Shown here piece after piece: positions 30,190 to 47,219 of a stretch of 64,000 nucleotides of DNA. Every line of letters begins with the position of its first letter. Within the stretch, counting starts at the first letter, position 1. The notes under the pieces were generated by a model. It did not search any database. It was given only the letters and a program-made list of their open reading frames with translations, and was not told the origin of the DNA. Source of the DNA: the human T2T-CHM13v2.0 reference genome, Homo sapiens; the NCBI RefSeq assembly GCF_009914755.1, contig NC_060925.1; one strand, given 5' to 3'. The translations under genes were made by a program, and so were the position numbers.

Positions 30190-31419
30190 TGAGGAGGGAA
30201 TTTATAATAGCAAACATTCTTAACCACAGGAAAGAGTTACTGAAGCAAAGTTACACATTTTAAAATGCATTTTTCTCTCCCCAAATAGGATGTTTTTCAT
30301 CTAAAATGGTTCAACTACTGTTCTGATTGAATAAACAAAGTCACCTACTATAGCGCTTTCTAGCACCAAGATTCTAAAATATAGTCAATCCTATATTTAA
30401 AAAAATTTAATTAACCATCTAAAAATTATAAAGAAGCCAAGACATTCATTCATTTATTCAATTATTATTTGCTGCCTGCCTACTATATGTTAGGCATTTG
30501 GCTAGATCCTGGGGACCCCAGTTAGTCAAGAACCTTGCCTTCATGGAATTTACACTGTAGTTAGATGGCAATTCCTTGTTGGCCTAAAGGTATTTGCTGC
30601 CTCTCTGGGACCAACATCAATGTATTGAAGGGCAGAGACCTCTGGCTCCATGCCCAGGAGATGTAGTCAAAGTTCATACCTCACGGGGAAGAGAGGTTAG
30701 GCTAATCCATTTCAGAGCTTGAACATGGGTTCACTCCCACTTGGGCCAAGAACAGCAGTCAAATAAAGAACCTTGAGAAAGTACCATTACTCCTGGGAGA
30801 TACCCTGACCCTAGGGTAGTTTCTATATCATCTGCTGGTATGTCATTACTTCTTTAGGTCTCTAGGGGAAAATGAGACAGACATAAATGATTGAGAAGAC
30901 ACAATCATTCAGCAATCTCTAGGAGTTAGTTGGTCTTGAATCTTACTGCTAAGGAACGGAACCTACTTTTTAACCAAGTCATACCTTTGAGAAGACAACT
31001 CTAAAACTTCACCAATGTCACAGTATAGGTTGTGGTTCCAGAACACATGTTACCACCATCATCGCCAGTGTGAACACTACAAAGCACTTTGGTAGGTCCG
31101 ACCTGAGAGCCTCCTTCTTACCTAAAAATAATCTGCTTAGGCCTCAAAATGCTGTATAAATATTTGCTGGGAAAGTACAATGAAGATTTTCATTTCAGGA
31201 ATATAAAAAACCATTTTGTACTCACACTAAATAGAAAGACTTTTTAAACCCCATACTACCTTCCCACAAATAAATATCCATATAAATGAACACAAACACA
31301 CAGCACTATACACTCTTTCTTTATCTTCCTTTATTGTTCTGCCCCTGAGTCAGGTCAAACCAACCTCCTTGGAACCAGGTCCCTTTTCATACTTCTTTCA
31401 GTTGCTAATTAGATGCTAA

Positions 31420-31718
31420 GGCCAGGCATGGTGGCTCACACTTGTAATCCTAGCACTTTGGGAGGCTGAGGTGGGAAGACAGCTTGAGCCCAGGCGCTCG
31501 ATACCAGACTGGGCAACATGGTGAAACCCTGTCTATCCAAAATACAAAAATTACCCAGGCATGGAGGTACGTGCCTGTAATGCCAGCCACTTGGGAGGCT
31601 GAGGTGGGAAGATGGTGGATGGCTTGAGCCTGGGAGGGAGAGGTTGCAATGAGCTGTGTTTGCGCCACTGCTCTCCAGCCTGAGTGACAGAGCTAGACCC
31701 TGCTCAAAAAAAAAAAAG
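31420..31718 (+). mobile_element. AluJ
   Basis: Diverged dimer. Confidence 0.9.
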
Positions 31719-31743
31719 AGTAGACGTTAAAAAGTGTGCTAAG

Positions 31744-32125
<382 letters not shown>

Positions 32126-32201
32126 TCATGTCTAGAAAAGGGAGAATCTATATTCTCAATGTTACTTAGTGAAATGCTCCAACGCGTGTTATTGATCTCA
32201 C

Positions 32202-32275
32202 CTTCGATATAGCTTGGACTGTCCAAAAGTCATAATTACCAGTGGTACATGGAAGGTAGTCAAGACTAGAATGAC
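32202..32275 (-). CDS. SORT1: SORT1 exon 3
   Basis: [24 protein letters not shown](S); CCAG| acceptor, AAG|GTGAGA donor; 74 nt; Met137 ATG at 32231-32233. Confidence 0.98.
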
Positions 32276-32805
32276 CTGGAGAGAGAAAAAAGCATTCCGT
32301 AAATAAAAAAGATATTCCAATCACATGCTGATATGTGTTCGAGATTAAGCCAACACCTAAAAGACTTTTGATATCCCTACTTTGTAGTACTCCCCAAAGT
32401 CTAGAAGGATCTAGTTACTAGGGCTGAGAATGATGAGAAAGTCCTCAGCTCATTTTGTTGGGATGATCCCCATTGCCTCCATTGAAGCAGTGAGGCTGAC
32501 TACTCAAATACACATTAAAATAAAAGAAGGCTTTAACTATTTTGTATCCAAATTATTGTAAGATACTCTCAGGCAAGAACCCTCTTCCCTTTTCTCCTTA
32601 CAGAGTCTAGAATAGCGTGGGTGTTCTCACAGAGATCACTGTGTCATGTATGTCTGTCTTTTTCTTCTCCTTGCCGTTGGTTCTTCATGAAATTCATTTT
32701 TTCAGTACCTTATCTACCAAAAACTATGCATGAGGAAATGATTCTGGATGGATTACTATAAGAGTCTAGGGAGTCTCAGAAAGCCATATGAGAAATCTTG
32801 GAGAT

Positions 32806-33110
32806 GGCTGGGCACGGTGGCTCACGCCTGTAATCACAGCACTTTGGGAGGCTGAGGCGGACGGATCACTTGAGGTCAGAAGTTCGAGACTAGCCTGGCT
32901 AACATGGTGAAACCCCATCTCTACTTAAAATACAAAAATTAGCCGGGCGTGGTGGTGCTTGCCTGTAGTCCCAGCTTCTTGGGAGGCTGAGGCATGAGAA
33001 TTGCTTGAACCTGGGAGGTGGACGTTGCTGTGAGCCAAGATTGCACCACTGCTCTCCAGCCTGGGTGACAGAGCAAGACTCTGTCTCAAAAAAAAAAAAA
33101 AAAAAAAAAA
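32806..33110 (+). mobile_element. Alu (S family)
   Basis: Full dimer; TSD TCTTGGAGAT. Confidence 0.95.
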
Positions 33111-33831
33111 TTCTTGGAGATACCAACTATCTAAGATAAATGGGTAAATCATGGAAATTAGGGTACAACTCAAATTTTAGAAAAAACTGAACTATGCTTA
33201 AAGAAATTCTACTGAAAGTTTAAAAATTAATCAAAATAAGAAATTTACAATTTGCTTTTCAGCACCAAGATTTTATTTCTTTAGGCTTCTAATATAACTA
33301 TCATGTGCCTCAATGCTATGACACATGCATTATGGAATACCAGGGGGCAGGAGATGTTGCCCCTGCTCTTGTTCAAGCAGGATAATAAGACAGCCAGGCA
33401 ACAAGTCCTGATTTAAGACCAGGGGCCAATGTATCCTCAGCGTGTCCTCCTAGTGGGAGCCCAGCTGTATATCAGGAGGGATAAGGAGCTGACTGATCCT
33501 CCTTCCATTCCCCCAATCCTGGCAGTACCTCCTTTGTGGCAGGGGCAGGGACCAACAGATGAACAACCATGAGCCCATGGGCACCACAGTCCCTCAACAC
33601 ACCTGTAGGAAAGGACACAGGAACAATACAATTTGGAGGAAAAGTGCCAGGATGTTTTTAATGGACATTTTCTGTTTCTATATAGGGGTTTCCCCAAGCA
33701 TTGTGCGCTTCCCTTCTCAGTACAGAGCACTTTCATCTTTCTTCTTGCTCATCTTGATGCTAAGCAGCCACCAAGGACTGAAAAGGTGTCCATCTTCCCA
33801 CCGTGGAAGAAGGTGGTCAGAAGATGTTCCC

Positions 33832-34245
<414 letters not shown>

Positions 34246-34322
34246 TTAGGTGCTTAACCCTTCCCCAAATCTGTTATCATCTTCTTGCTGGGCTGAAATA
34301 ACAGACTCAAAATATGACTTAC

Positions 34323-34382
34323 CCCAGTGCTATCTCCAACCCAGGACAAGGATACTGAGCCTCTGAGATCATCAAACACATG
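34323..34382 (-). CDS. SORT1: SORT1 exon 2 (aa 103-122)
   Basis: [20 protein letters not shown]; T-tract TATAG| acceptor, GGG|GTAAGT donor; 60 nt, phase 0-0. Confidence 0.98.
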
Positions 34383-37300
34383 CTATAAGGGGAAAAAAAA
34401 TTAATTTAGAAATGACAGCCACTCTCCTTCAATCTTTGGCTTCTTTAAATATCTGAACTTTATTACTGTTCAGAGTAATTAAGTTCATAATTACAAAGTG
34501 GGTATGGATTCCCAGTACAAAATTTGGGAGGGATGGGATTTAACTACTTAATGTGAATCACAAATAACTTGGAAATTTAAATTCTCTCTAACACAAAGTA
34601 AGCCAAGCAGATGAGTTTTCTTTACTGCACCAGATGGGGAGATGGGAGATGGGACAATCTAATTGCTTTCTCCAACAGAACTAAATATAAAGGTATAGCA
34701 AAGTATTTTTAGGATGCTTTAAAACAAAAGATCATAGCCCACACTGGCAGGCGTAATTGTAACCAAATCAACATAATTTAAATTTTTCTGGGCATCCTTT
34801 ACAGTATAGCTGAAAAGTTCGTAACTGGATTCCTTTTACTTCTAGTCTAGCTCACTCAAAAATGACAACGGGCAGAAGCAAGAAGCAAATGCCTTTGTTT
34901 CACCTTTTTATTTAATAACAATAGTAATAATGATAATAATAAAACAACCTTACTAGAGTTGCAGTGAGAGTAAGGAGGTAAAAAAGGGAAAGCTGGTATA
35001 TTATATCCAAAATATAGTAAGCATGTTAAAATATAGTTATAATAATCATTGTAGGTGGTTTTGGGTTTTGTTTTTCAAATACTTCCTTTCTCTACTTATA
35101 CAATAATATATATTCATTAAAGAAGATGTAGACAATTATAAGAACGCATAATAAAGATAAGTCACTCATAATCCTACCACATAGAGATATTCAAGGTTAA
35201 TATTATATGTATTAATACAATCGTCTGTTCTCTATAATTTTTGTAACTGATAAAAAAAATAAAAATTCCAAAGAGGTAATAACTGCACTTGGCAAAAATT
35301 TCAAACCATATAGAAATTACATACTATATAGAGTCTATATAGCAAAGAGTGAAGATCCTTCTCTTTTCCAGGCCACATGCTCACCACCCAAGCCCCATTT
35401 CTTAGACAGTTTAATAGTTCAGTATATATTTCTAATAAATGTGGATGATTATGCTTTTTTCTTAAGACTTATAATCTTACTAAGATTTTAAAATCTTAAA
35501 CATGCCTTGCCCTCCCAGATATGAGAAGCTCCTTGGAAGCTGGGGAATGTAACTTTATACTTCTTGGTACTCCCTGTGCCTTCCACAGGAATACTTTGCA
35601 CACTCAGTAAGCATTTGTTGAAAATGATTACACATCCTCCCCAAACCACAAACTCAACCTCAAAATAGAACATGTCTATAAATGGTTGGGATGCCAGCTA
35701 CTTGGTCACTCAAGCCACCAATCCCACATAGAAATCTAAAGAAACAGAACTCAAAACATGAACTGTTTTGTTTATCTTCGAATTTTCTCTTGCAGTCTTG
35801 AATGGGCTTCCGAATTCACGTATGTGATTTCCCCTCTGGACCGTAAGTACCTTTGATGTCAAAAGAATCTCTTACACAATTTTTGTAAGTTAGTACAATC
35901 AGTGCCTCACGCAGGTCTTGCTCCGTAAATAATGGTTAACTCTCAAATGCTCGGCAGAGCTTCTCACAGCCTCTGCAGGAAAGAAGGGCTATTCAGACAT
36001 GCAGGCTTGCCAGGCATCTGAGAAAAAGTAGGGCTGCCAGAGCTTCTGAAACCAGAGGCTTAAAAACTGACATAGCAGTGTGTCTTATATGATATTTCAC
36101 ACATAGCAAAACCTCACATTCTCTTGAGTGAGGATAGTGTCTGAAATGACATCAATGAGGTCCTTCAGGAAAAACAGGAACATCCAGAGCTACCACAAGC
36201 ACCAGGCAGATCACAAGGGCTAAGATCACAGTCATCTAAACACAGGTTATCTTTCCAAGGAAGGTCCTTGTCATAACTAAGAGAAAAGAAAAAGTCCATC
36301 AGTTATGGCACTGGAATTCGTGGTTGTCTTCATCAGGCTGTAAGATATCAGTCTTGAGCCAATCAGGACTGCAACTTTTACTTTTCAGGCAATGCTCTAC
36401 ACAGCCGACCCAGTCAATGCAGACTGGCATTACCCACATTTTCCTATTGCTCAACTACAGAATGAGGAGGATTATCACGTGTCACCGGCAACTCTCAGCT
36501 TCACTGAAACAACTGAAATGGTAATGGACCTCACTCATCATCCAAAGAGTTCCTTTGGAAATGTAGGCCAGATTTACTAGCAAAACTGTGGTTTTCTACT
36601 GCCCTTAAGCTGTCCCTCCCACCCACTCCAAATAACCAATGAAGATTTGCTTTTGAAAATGGGCAAACTCACTGAAAAACTCATCTACCTATAGCAAATG
36701 TAATTAATTTTTTAATATTTCAGTCTCTAACATTCTTATACTGGTGAAAGTTAAAAAAGAAAAATGAAATGAGATGTTACAGCAGGCCCAAAGGTTAAGC
36801 AGAAAGAAAAGGTCATATGGAAAGGAGATAAATCCAGGAGAGCTAGGGACCCAAGAGTACAGATTCAATCCTGCCACTTCAATGGGAGAAAAAAATACGG
36901 ATGTCCAGGAAAGGGCAGACAACCTGGTCATGGTTAGGAGACAGAATTCACAAGTCAGCACAAAGCCATCAATCCTAATCCAGAATCATTTCTAATATTT
37001 AAGACAACGTACATGTCATTCTACACTGCAGTGGCATCTTAGATCTTTCAAAATATGTATTACAGCACTTTTAATTGTAGCCACAAGAACCTTGCCTGTC
37101 CTCCCCACTAGACCTGAGGTCCATCTGGTAAAGGAATCAAGCCCATACATTTCGGCAGCTAACACACAGCATAGTGCACAGTGGGCACGCAATAAATATT
37201 GAATTCTTTAAGAACTACTTATGAAGTTTTGAAAAAGATGACGCCAAAGTAAAAGGATAAGGCCAGGCCCACTTAACTTCCCCATGACAGACATGAGTAT

Positions 37301-37429
37301 GAAATGTAAAAGTTCATTTCTGGGTGGACTTCTGCTTCTGGTCAAGATGGAGTGACAGGGATCACATTTACCTTTCTACCGGAAACAGCTAATAAAAAAC
37401 AAAACAAAACAAAACAAAAACACAGAATG

Positions 37430-37873
<444 letters not shown>

Positions 37874-38591
37874 CCCAAAACGACAGAATATATGAAATGA
37901 CTGTTTCCAAGATATTGGACACCAGGCACAAAGGACGACGATTCCTGAAAGACAAGGAACTGAACAAGGAGGACCCTACAGCTAACTGGCTTACTGCCTG
38001 GAGAGAATTTCAGGCACAGTGCAGGGGAGGGGCACCCAGGCAGAGTCCAGAGTTCTTCCTAAACTGAAGAGAGGAAGCTGATATATCGTCTGGGGAGGCC
38101 AAAGAGGTTCACAGGGCAGAAGATTAGAGAAGAAAGACTTACACAGAAAAAAAATTCTGGAGATCTGAGCAGGGGGCCTCCCCAGCCACCCCACCAAGTC
38201 TTCAGCTGAACACCCATCAGCACACGCATGTGAGGAAACTACCTGAGGCCAGGGAAATAATTACCTGAAAGGACGGCAGAGAACAATATTCAGACCTCAC
38301 ACAGGAACAGGAATAATTCCTGTTACCAGCAACCATAATAGGAAACCTCGTTATTTCAAGGAAATTGGGTAGAGTACTCAGAAACATTTACCTCTGTGGT
38401 AAAGAAAAATAACCCCAGACTTAACGCTGTGCCGGTCCCGCCTAAAAATGCTTAAAAGCAAGACCCAAAAGGATCAAACTGTTTCCAAGTAACCAGTGTT
38501 CCAGAACAAAGTTCAAGAATATTTAAAAGAATACAAAAATATCTAGCACCCAACAAGCTAAGACTCACAATATCCAACTGAAAAATCATCA

Positions 38592-38949
<358 letters not shown>

Positions 38950-39076
38950 TCAAACTAACTCAGAAATAACAAGATAATTAGTAGATAAGGACATTGCAAC
39001 AGTTGTAACTGTACTCCACAAGAAATTAGAGAATGGATTGAGAATGTTAAAGAAAAAAAAATTTTTTAAAGACTTA

Positions 39077-39411
<335 letters not shown>

Positions 39412-39472
39412 GACTTAAATTAGACTTGTAGAAATGAGTATTACAATGACTGAAATGAAAAGTACACTGGAT

Positions 39473-39798
<326 letters not shown>

Positions 39799-40081
39799 TT
39801 AGACACTGTAGAAGAGGTGAGTGTGAACCTGAAGCCATACCAACAGAAACTATCCAAAGTGAAACACAGAGATAAAAAAAGACAAAAAATGAACAGAGCT
39901 ATCAATTCAGAAGATGTTCTACAATTTCTACAAATGTTCTTAAAGTTGTTCTACAGCTCAGCGATGGCTCTGTTCATTCTTTTTGAAGTAGAACAACTTC
40001 AAGCAGCTGATTATATATGCAATCAGGGCATCTAGAGGAGGCTGGGCTGGAGACAGAAAAAAAAGTTAAGATATAATAGCC

Positions 40082-40357
40082 ACGGTGGCTCACGCCTGTA
40101 ATCCCAGCACTTTGGGAGGCCAAGGCGGGCAGATCACGAGGTCAGGAGATCAAGACCATCCCCGTCTCTACTAAAAATACAAAAAATTCGCCGGGCGAGG
40201 TGGCGGGCGCCTGTAGTACCAGCTACGCGGGAGGCTGAGGCAGGAGAATGGCGTGAACCCCAGGGGGCGGTGCCTGCAGTGAGCCGAGATCGCGCCACTG
40301 CACTCCAGCCTGGGCGACAGTGAGACTCCGTTTCAAAAAAAAAAAAAAAAAAAAAAA
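40082..40357 (+). mobile_element. AluY-lineage (Ye-like right arm)
   Basis: CpG-rich; GGGGGCGGTGCCTGCAGTGAG; TSD AAGATATAATAGCCA. Confidence 0.9.
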
Positions 40358-40680
40358 GATATAATAGCCAAAATTTCCCCAAATGTGATGAAAAGGATAA
40401 ACCCAGAGATCCAAGAAGCTCAGAAACCCTAAGCTCAAGAAACACGATGAAAAATACACCAAAGCACATCATATCATAGTCAAATAATCTAAAATCAGCA
40501 ATAGAGAAAAATCTTAAAAGCATCCACAAAAAAGATGACATTACATACAGAGAAACAAAGAATGATAGCCGACTCTTCCTACAATGCAAGCCAGACAGTG
40601 GAGTAACATATTTAAAGTACTGGCAAAAAAACAGTCAAGCTGTAATTCTATAGCAAGTGAAACTATTTTTCAAAAATGCA

Positions 40681-41690
<1,010 letters not shown>

Positions 41691-42748
41691 CTTTCAAAAA
41701 GGAAAAGTTCTGTGTTTCTGCACTTGTCCATTGCTCCTCAGCATTCTATTGTGGGTGTTTCTTTTTGACAGCCACAGGGGACAGACTATACCAGTGAAAA
41801 AGATCTGAAAGACAGCCTAAGTCCCATCTTTCACTGTAAAACCAACCATTCTGGTTTGTAATTATCACAGCTCAAAGTGATCTCCTCTTCCTAAGCATTA
41901 TCCTCACAGCATTCACAGACACTCCTGGTACTATAACTATTTATATTTATATATAAATGTAAACTATATGTACATGTAAACTATACATGTAGAACTATTT
42001 ACATATTTGTCTTCCTCTCAAATTATGCTATAAATTCTTAATGGCAGACGCTATAATTTGGTATTACCCATCAGGCCTAGCACAAGGTCTTATATTTATT
42101 AGATGCTCCACAAACATCTCTGTAAAAGTCTATCACAAACTCCTGCTACTAACATTATTTCTTTTTCTTAGTATTTTTTTTAACTCATGATAGCTGTTTG
42201 TCCTGAACTAACATTATTGATCTGTATGTAATCTTCCTTCTAACACGGTTACTGCTGTCTCAGTAAATAATGGCTGAATAGCGTTTATTCCTATGCTCTT
42301 CCAGCCAGCCAAGACACTGTTATACACTGGTATGTGTTCTTAGATGTTCACACATGATGGTGACCTTACTCCTCTCTTTCCCATTGTAGTTACCATTAAC
42401 TTCACGTAGCTAAACATTGGTAAAGATGCCCTGAACACGTCGAAGTGTTTAGAGGCACTGAGCAGGGGTAGTCTATATAGAAGAGAAATTCAAATTTCAA
42501 GTGAAGAAATAAAGGTCTGACTACTGAGATTTAAGCAGAGTTTACAGAGTTGGGAGGCAGATATAAGCAAGAGCAAGGCAATGAGAGAAGGCAGCGGTGC
42601 AGGTAGAACACACAGGAAGATAATATGCAAGTATCTTGAAAATTTTCAAAGAACACCACAAATAAAATCTATTAATATCACCATCTAGTAAAATGCTGAG
42701 TATACAGTAAATGCTATTAAGACTTGTTAAAATAAAAAAAGAATTTCA

Positions 42749-43060
42749 GGCTGAGTATGGTGGTTCATGCCTGTAATCCCAGCACATTGGGAGGCTGAGG
42801 TGGGAGGTCACTTGAGTCCACGAGTTCAAGACCAGCCTGGGCAATATAGTGAGACCCCGCCCCCATCGCTACAAAAAGTTTAAAAATCAGCCAGGCATGG
42901 TGGTACACACCTGTAGTTCTAGCTACTCAGGAAGCTGAGGTAGGAGGATCACTTGAGCCCAGGAATTCGAAGCTGCAGTAAGCTATGATCATGCCACTGC
43001 ACTCTAGTCTGGAAAACAGAGAGAGACCCGGTCTATATTTAAAAGAATAATAATAAGAAG
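42749..43060 (+). mobile_element. AluJ
   Basis: Diverged dimer. Confidence 0.9.
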
Positions 43061-43496
43061 AATCTCAAGGTCAGAATAAAGAAAGTTAAGGTTGAAATAG
43101 AAGGAAAATAAAAATAGTGAAAAGGAAATATATTTAAGAAGACACTTTAGAAATAGTACTCCTGCTTGAAAGACCCAAAGAAAGCTGAGAGAGGCCACTG
43201 GATCACTTAGACAGGAAAGGTGTCTGATGATACATAGGCCTGAAAATAATGAGCCAATAAGTTATGGCTCAATTGCTGTAATCAAGGCAAAGTAAGAAGA
43301 ATAAATGAAATATGAGCAGAGGATAAAGCTTTGTTGCCAGAAATAACTGAAAGGCGGAATAATCCCTATAGGAAGGGAAAACCCAAAACCTCTGACACAG
43401 TATTACCGAAGAATGTTCTATAATATCAAAATAATGAATCATATAAAAACATCTAGTACTATGTTAGAGAGTCCAGCCAACAGAAGGTAGAGTGAA

Positions 43497-43498
<2 letters not shown>

Positions 43499-43544
<46 letters not shown>
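43499..43544. repeat. (AT)23 microsatellite
   Basis: Direct count, uninterrupted. Confidence 0.97.
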
Positions 43545-43548
<4 letters not shown>

Positions 43549-43638
43549 ATGTTATGTGTTAGTTGTATAAATGATAATTCAAATGGAGAGTGTGGGGAGA
43601 AGTGAAGCATGTTTTGTTTCTGGTAAACAATAACTGGA

Positions 43639-43970
<332 letters not shown>

Positions 43971-43986
43971 CTAAGAGGCAGATTGT

Positions 43987-44211
43987 TGGGGTGTCCAATC
44001 TTTTGGCTTCCCTGGGGCACACTGGCAGAAAAATTGTCTTGGGCCACACATAAAATACATTAACACTAACAATAGCTAATTAGCTAAAAAAAAAAAAATC
44101 ATACAAAAAAATCTCATAATGTTTTAAGAAAGTTTACGAATTTGTATTGGGTTGCATTCAAAGCCACCCTGGGCCACATGTGGCCCACGGGCTGTGGGTT
44201 GGACAAGCTTC
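43987..44211 (+). mobile_element. MER30 (hAT-Charlie)
   Basis: GGGGTGTCCAATCTTTTGGCTTCCCTG...GGGTTGGACAAGCTT. Confidence 0.9.
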
Positions 44212-44760
44212 ATTTGGCACAAAGAGAACACGATCTGGTCACTTCATATTGCTAAGGAGTCAGCTAAACGTATGATCTAGAAACAGGTCAAAATTAAGGA
44301 AAACTATGTAAATATGCTGTTTCTGTGCTTAACAGTCCAAAAGCCAGTACCCTGAGGAGCCCAGAGCAAATACAGTCATTCAGATGACCTAATCCTACCC
44401 TAGGATAGGAAGCACAGAAGCCAAGAAGTTTAAGAGTAGCTGGGTGAAATGTCAGCTTGATTCTACCAGGAGCAGATGAGCATGAAATTATTGCCACTTT
44501 TGGAAAAATTTATTAATCCCATGACAGAGTTACTGGCGCAGGAATAGACTAATCAATAGAGCAAAACAGATCCAGGAATGGATGAGGTTTCTTTTAGCAC
44601 ATGATAAAGCTAGCATTTCAAGTTAGTGGTATAAGAACACTGGAAAAACTGGCTATTTGGAAAAAAAATAAAATAAAAAGCTGAATTCCTAACTCCCTTC
44701 TTAAAATGCCTAAATAAATTCCATATAGGGCGAAGATTTAAATGTAAAAAAATTAAATTA

Positions 44761-45108
<348 letters not shown>

Positions 45109-45480
45109 TTATAACCTTGGAATGGGAAGACCTTTACAAAAATGGTACAAAAATCAGAACTCATACTTAAGGATTTACTCTGACTATGTAAAAAGTTTAA
45201 ATTGCAAAACACCAAAGAGAAAGCTGAAAAAAACTGGAAAAAAATATTTGTAACATGACAAAGTATTAATATAGAAAGGGTTTCAATTAATATAAAATTA
45301 TTTGTAACATGACAAAATATTAATATAGAAAGGGTTTTCAAATCAGTAGGAAACAGGCCAAAACCTCAAACAGGTTTTCGGAAAATAGGGAAAGAACATG
45401 AGCACCCAATTCATAGAAGGACAAAGAAATGGCCAATAAACATTTGAAAAGCTATTTAATCTCTAAAACAAAAAGAACAG

Positions 45481-45595
45481 GCCGGTGCAGTGGCTCACAC
45501 CTGTAATCCCAGGCTTTGGGAGGCCAAGGCGGGAGGATCACTTGAGCCTGGGAGTTTGAGACCAGCCTGGGCAACATGGCAAAACCCTGTCGCCA

Positions 45596-45629
<34 letters not shown>

Positions 45630-45742
45630 AGCCGGGTATGGTGGTGTGCACCTGTAGTCCCAGCTACTCAGGAGGCTGAGATGGGAGGGTGGTTTGAGCC
45701 CAGGAAGTAGAGGTTGTAGTGAGCCAAGAAAGAAAAAGAAAA
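45481..45742 (+). mobile_element. AluJ, 3'-truncated, long internal poly-A
   Basis: Dimer lacking the last ~45 nt. Confidence 0.88.
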
Positions 45743-46372
45743 ATATGATATTTTTGCCTTTCAGACTGGCAAAGATTAAAAGACTTGACAAAATGTATCC
45801 AGTGAGGGCATAGGGACCAGAGCACCTTCTTCTACGGTGGGTGGGAGTACATAAATTGCTGCAACTTTTCTGGAGAGCTATTTGGTGATGCAAATAAAAA
45901 CTGAGAACGTCCGTATCATGTGCCTGAGCAAATCCTATTCTTAGGAATTTGTCATAAGGGGATAATCACATACCTTTATAAAAGATGTCATATGTTGGGG
46001 TGATTACTGCAGCTAACAACTATTGAACATTCCCCACATGTCATCTTCTGTGTTAGGTATCTTACACACATTATTATTTAATCCACATAACCCCATGAGA
46101 TATTACTATACCTGTATATTATAAATGAAGAACTGGAGATTTGTTAAGTAAATTATGTTATGCCATACAACAATATATCAGGTGCTATTAAAAATGTTTC
46201 AAGAACAAGGAAAAAAAGAAGAAACGTTTAAAAAAATCTTAAAAAACCCAAAACTAAAATGTTTCAGGTATTTACTGACATTGAAAGATACTCAGAGCAT
46301 ATTAGTAAAAAGCAGGCTACAAAACAGCATGTGACATCATATGTGCATATTTATGGTTACAATGTTATCAGG

Positions 46373-46645
46373 GGCCGGGCACAGTGGCTCACACCTATAA
46401 TCCTAGTACTTTGGGAGGATGAGGCAGAACAATTGCTTAAGCTCAGGAGTTTGAGACCAGCCTGGGAAACATAGTGAGACTTTGCCTCCAAAAAACCAAC
46501 AATAACAACAACAATAAAAACTAGCCAGGCATGGTGGCAAGCACCTGTCGTCCCAGATACACTGTTTGAGCCCAGGAGGTCAAGGCTACAGTCAGCCATG
46601 ATTGTGCCACTGCACTCTAGTCTGGATGACAGAGCAAGATTGTCC
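46373..46645 (+). mobile_element. AluJ
   Basis: Diverged dimer with internal deletion. Confidence 0.88.
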
Positions 46646-46848
46646 CTTAAAAAAGAAAAAAAAAAGGTATCTGGAAGGATACCCTTTAAAATATCAATAG
46701 CAACTGTCTTTAAGTGGTATTATAGAATTGATAGGGGTGCACTCTTCTTTATAGTTTTTCTAGAGTGCATAAATTACTCTCATCCCACCTCCAATTGGCA
46801 GAAATCATTTTAAAAATAAAACTATATAAGTAAGCTATTTTTACTTAA

Positions 46849-47219
<371 letters not shown>

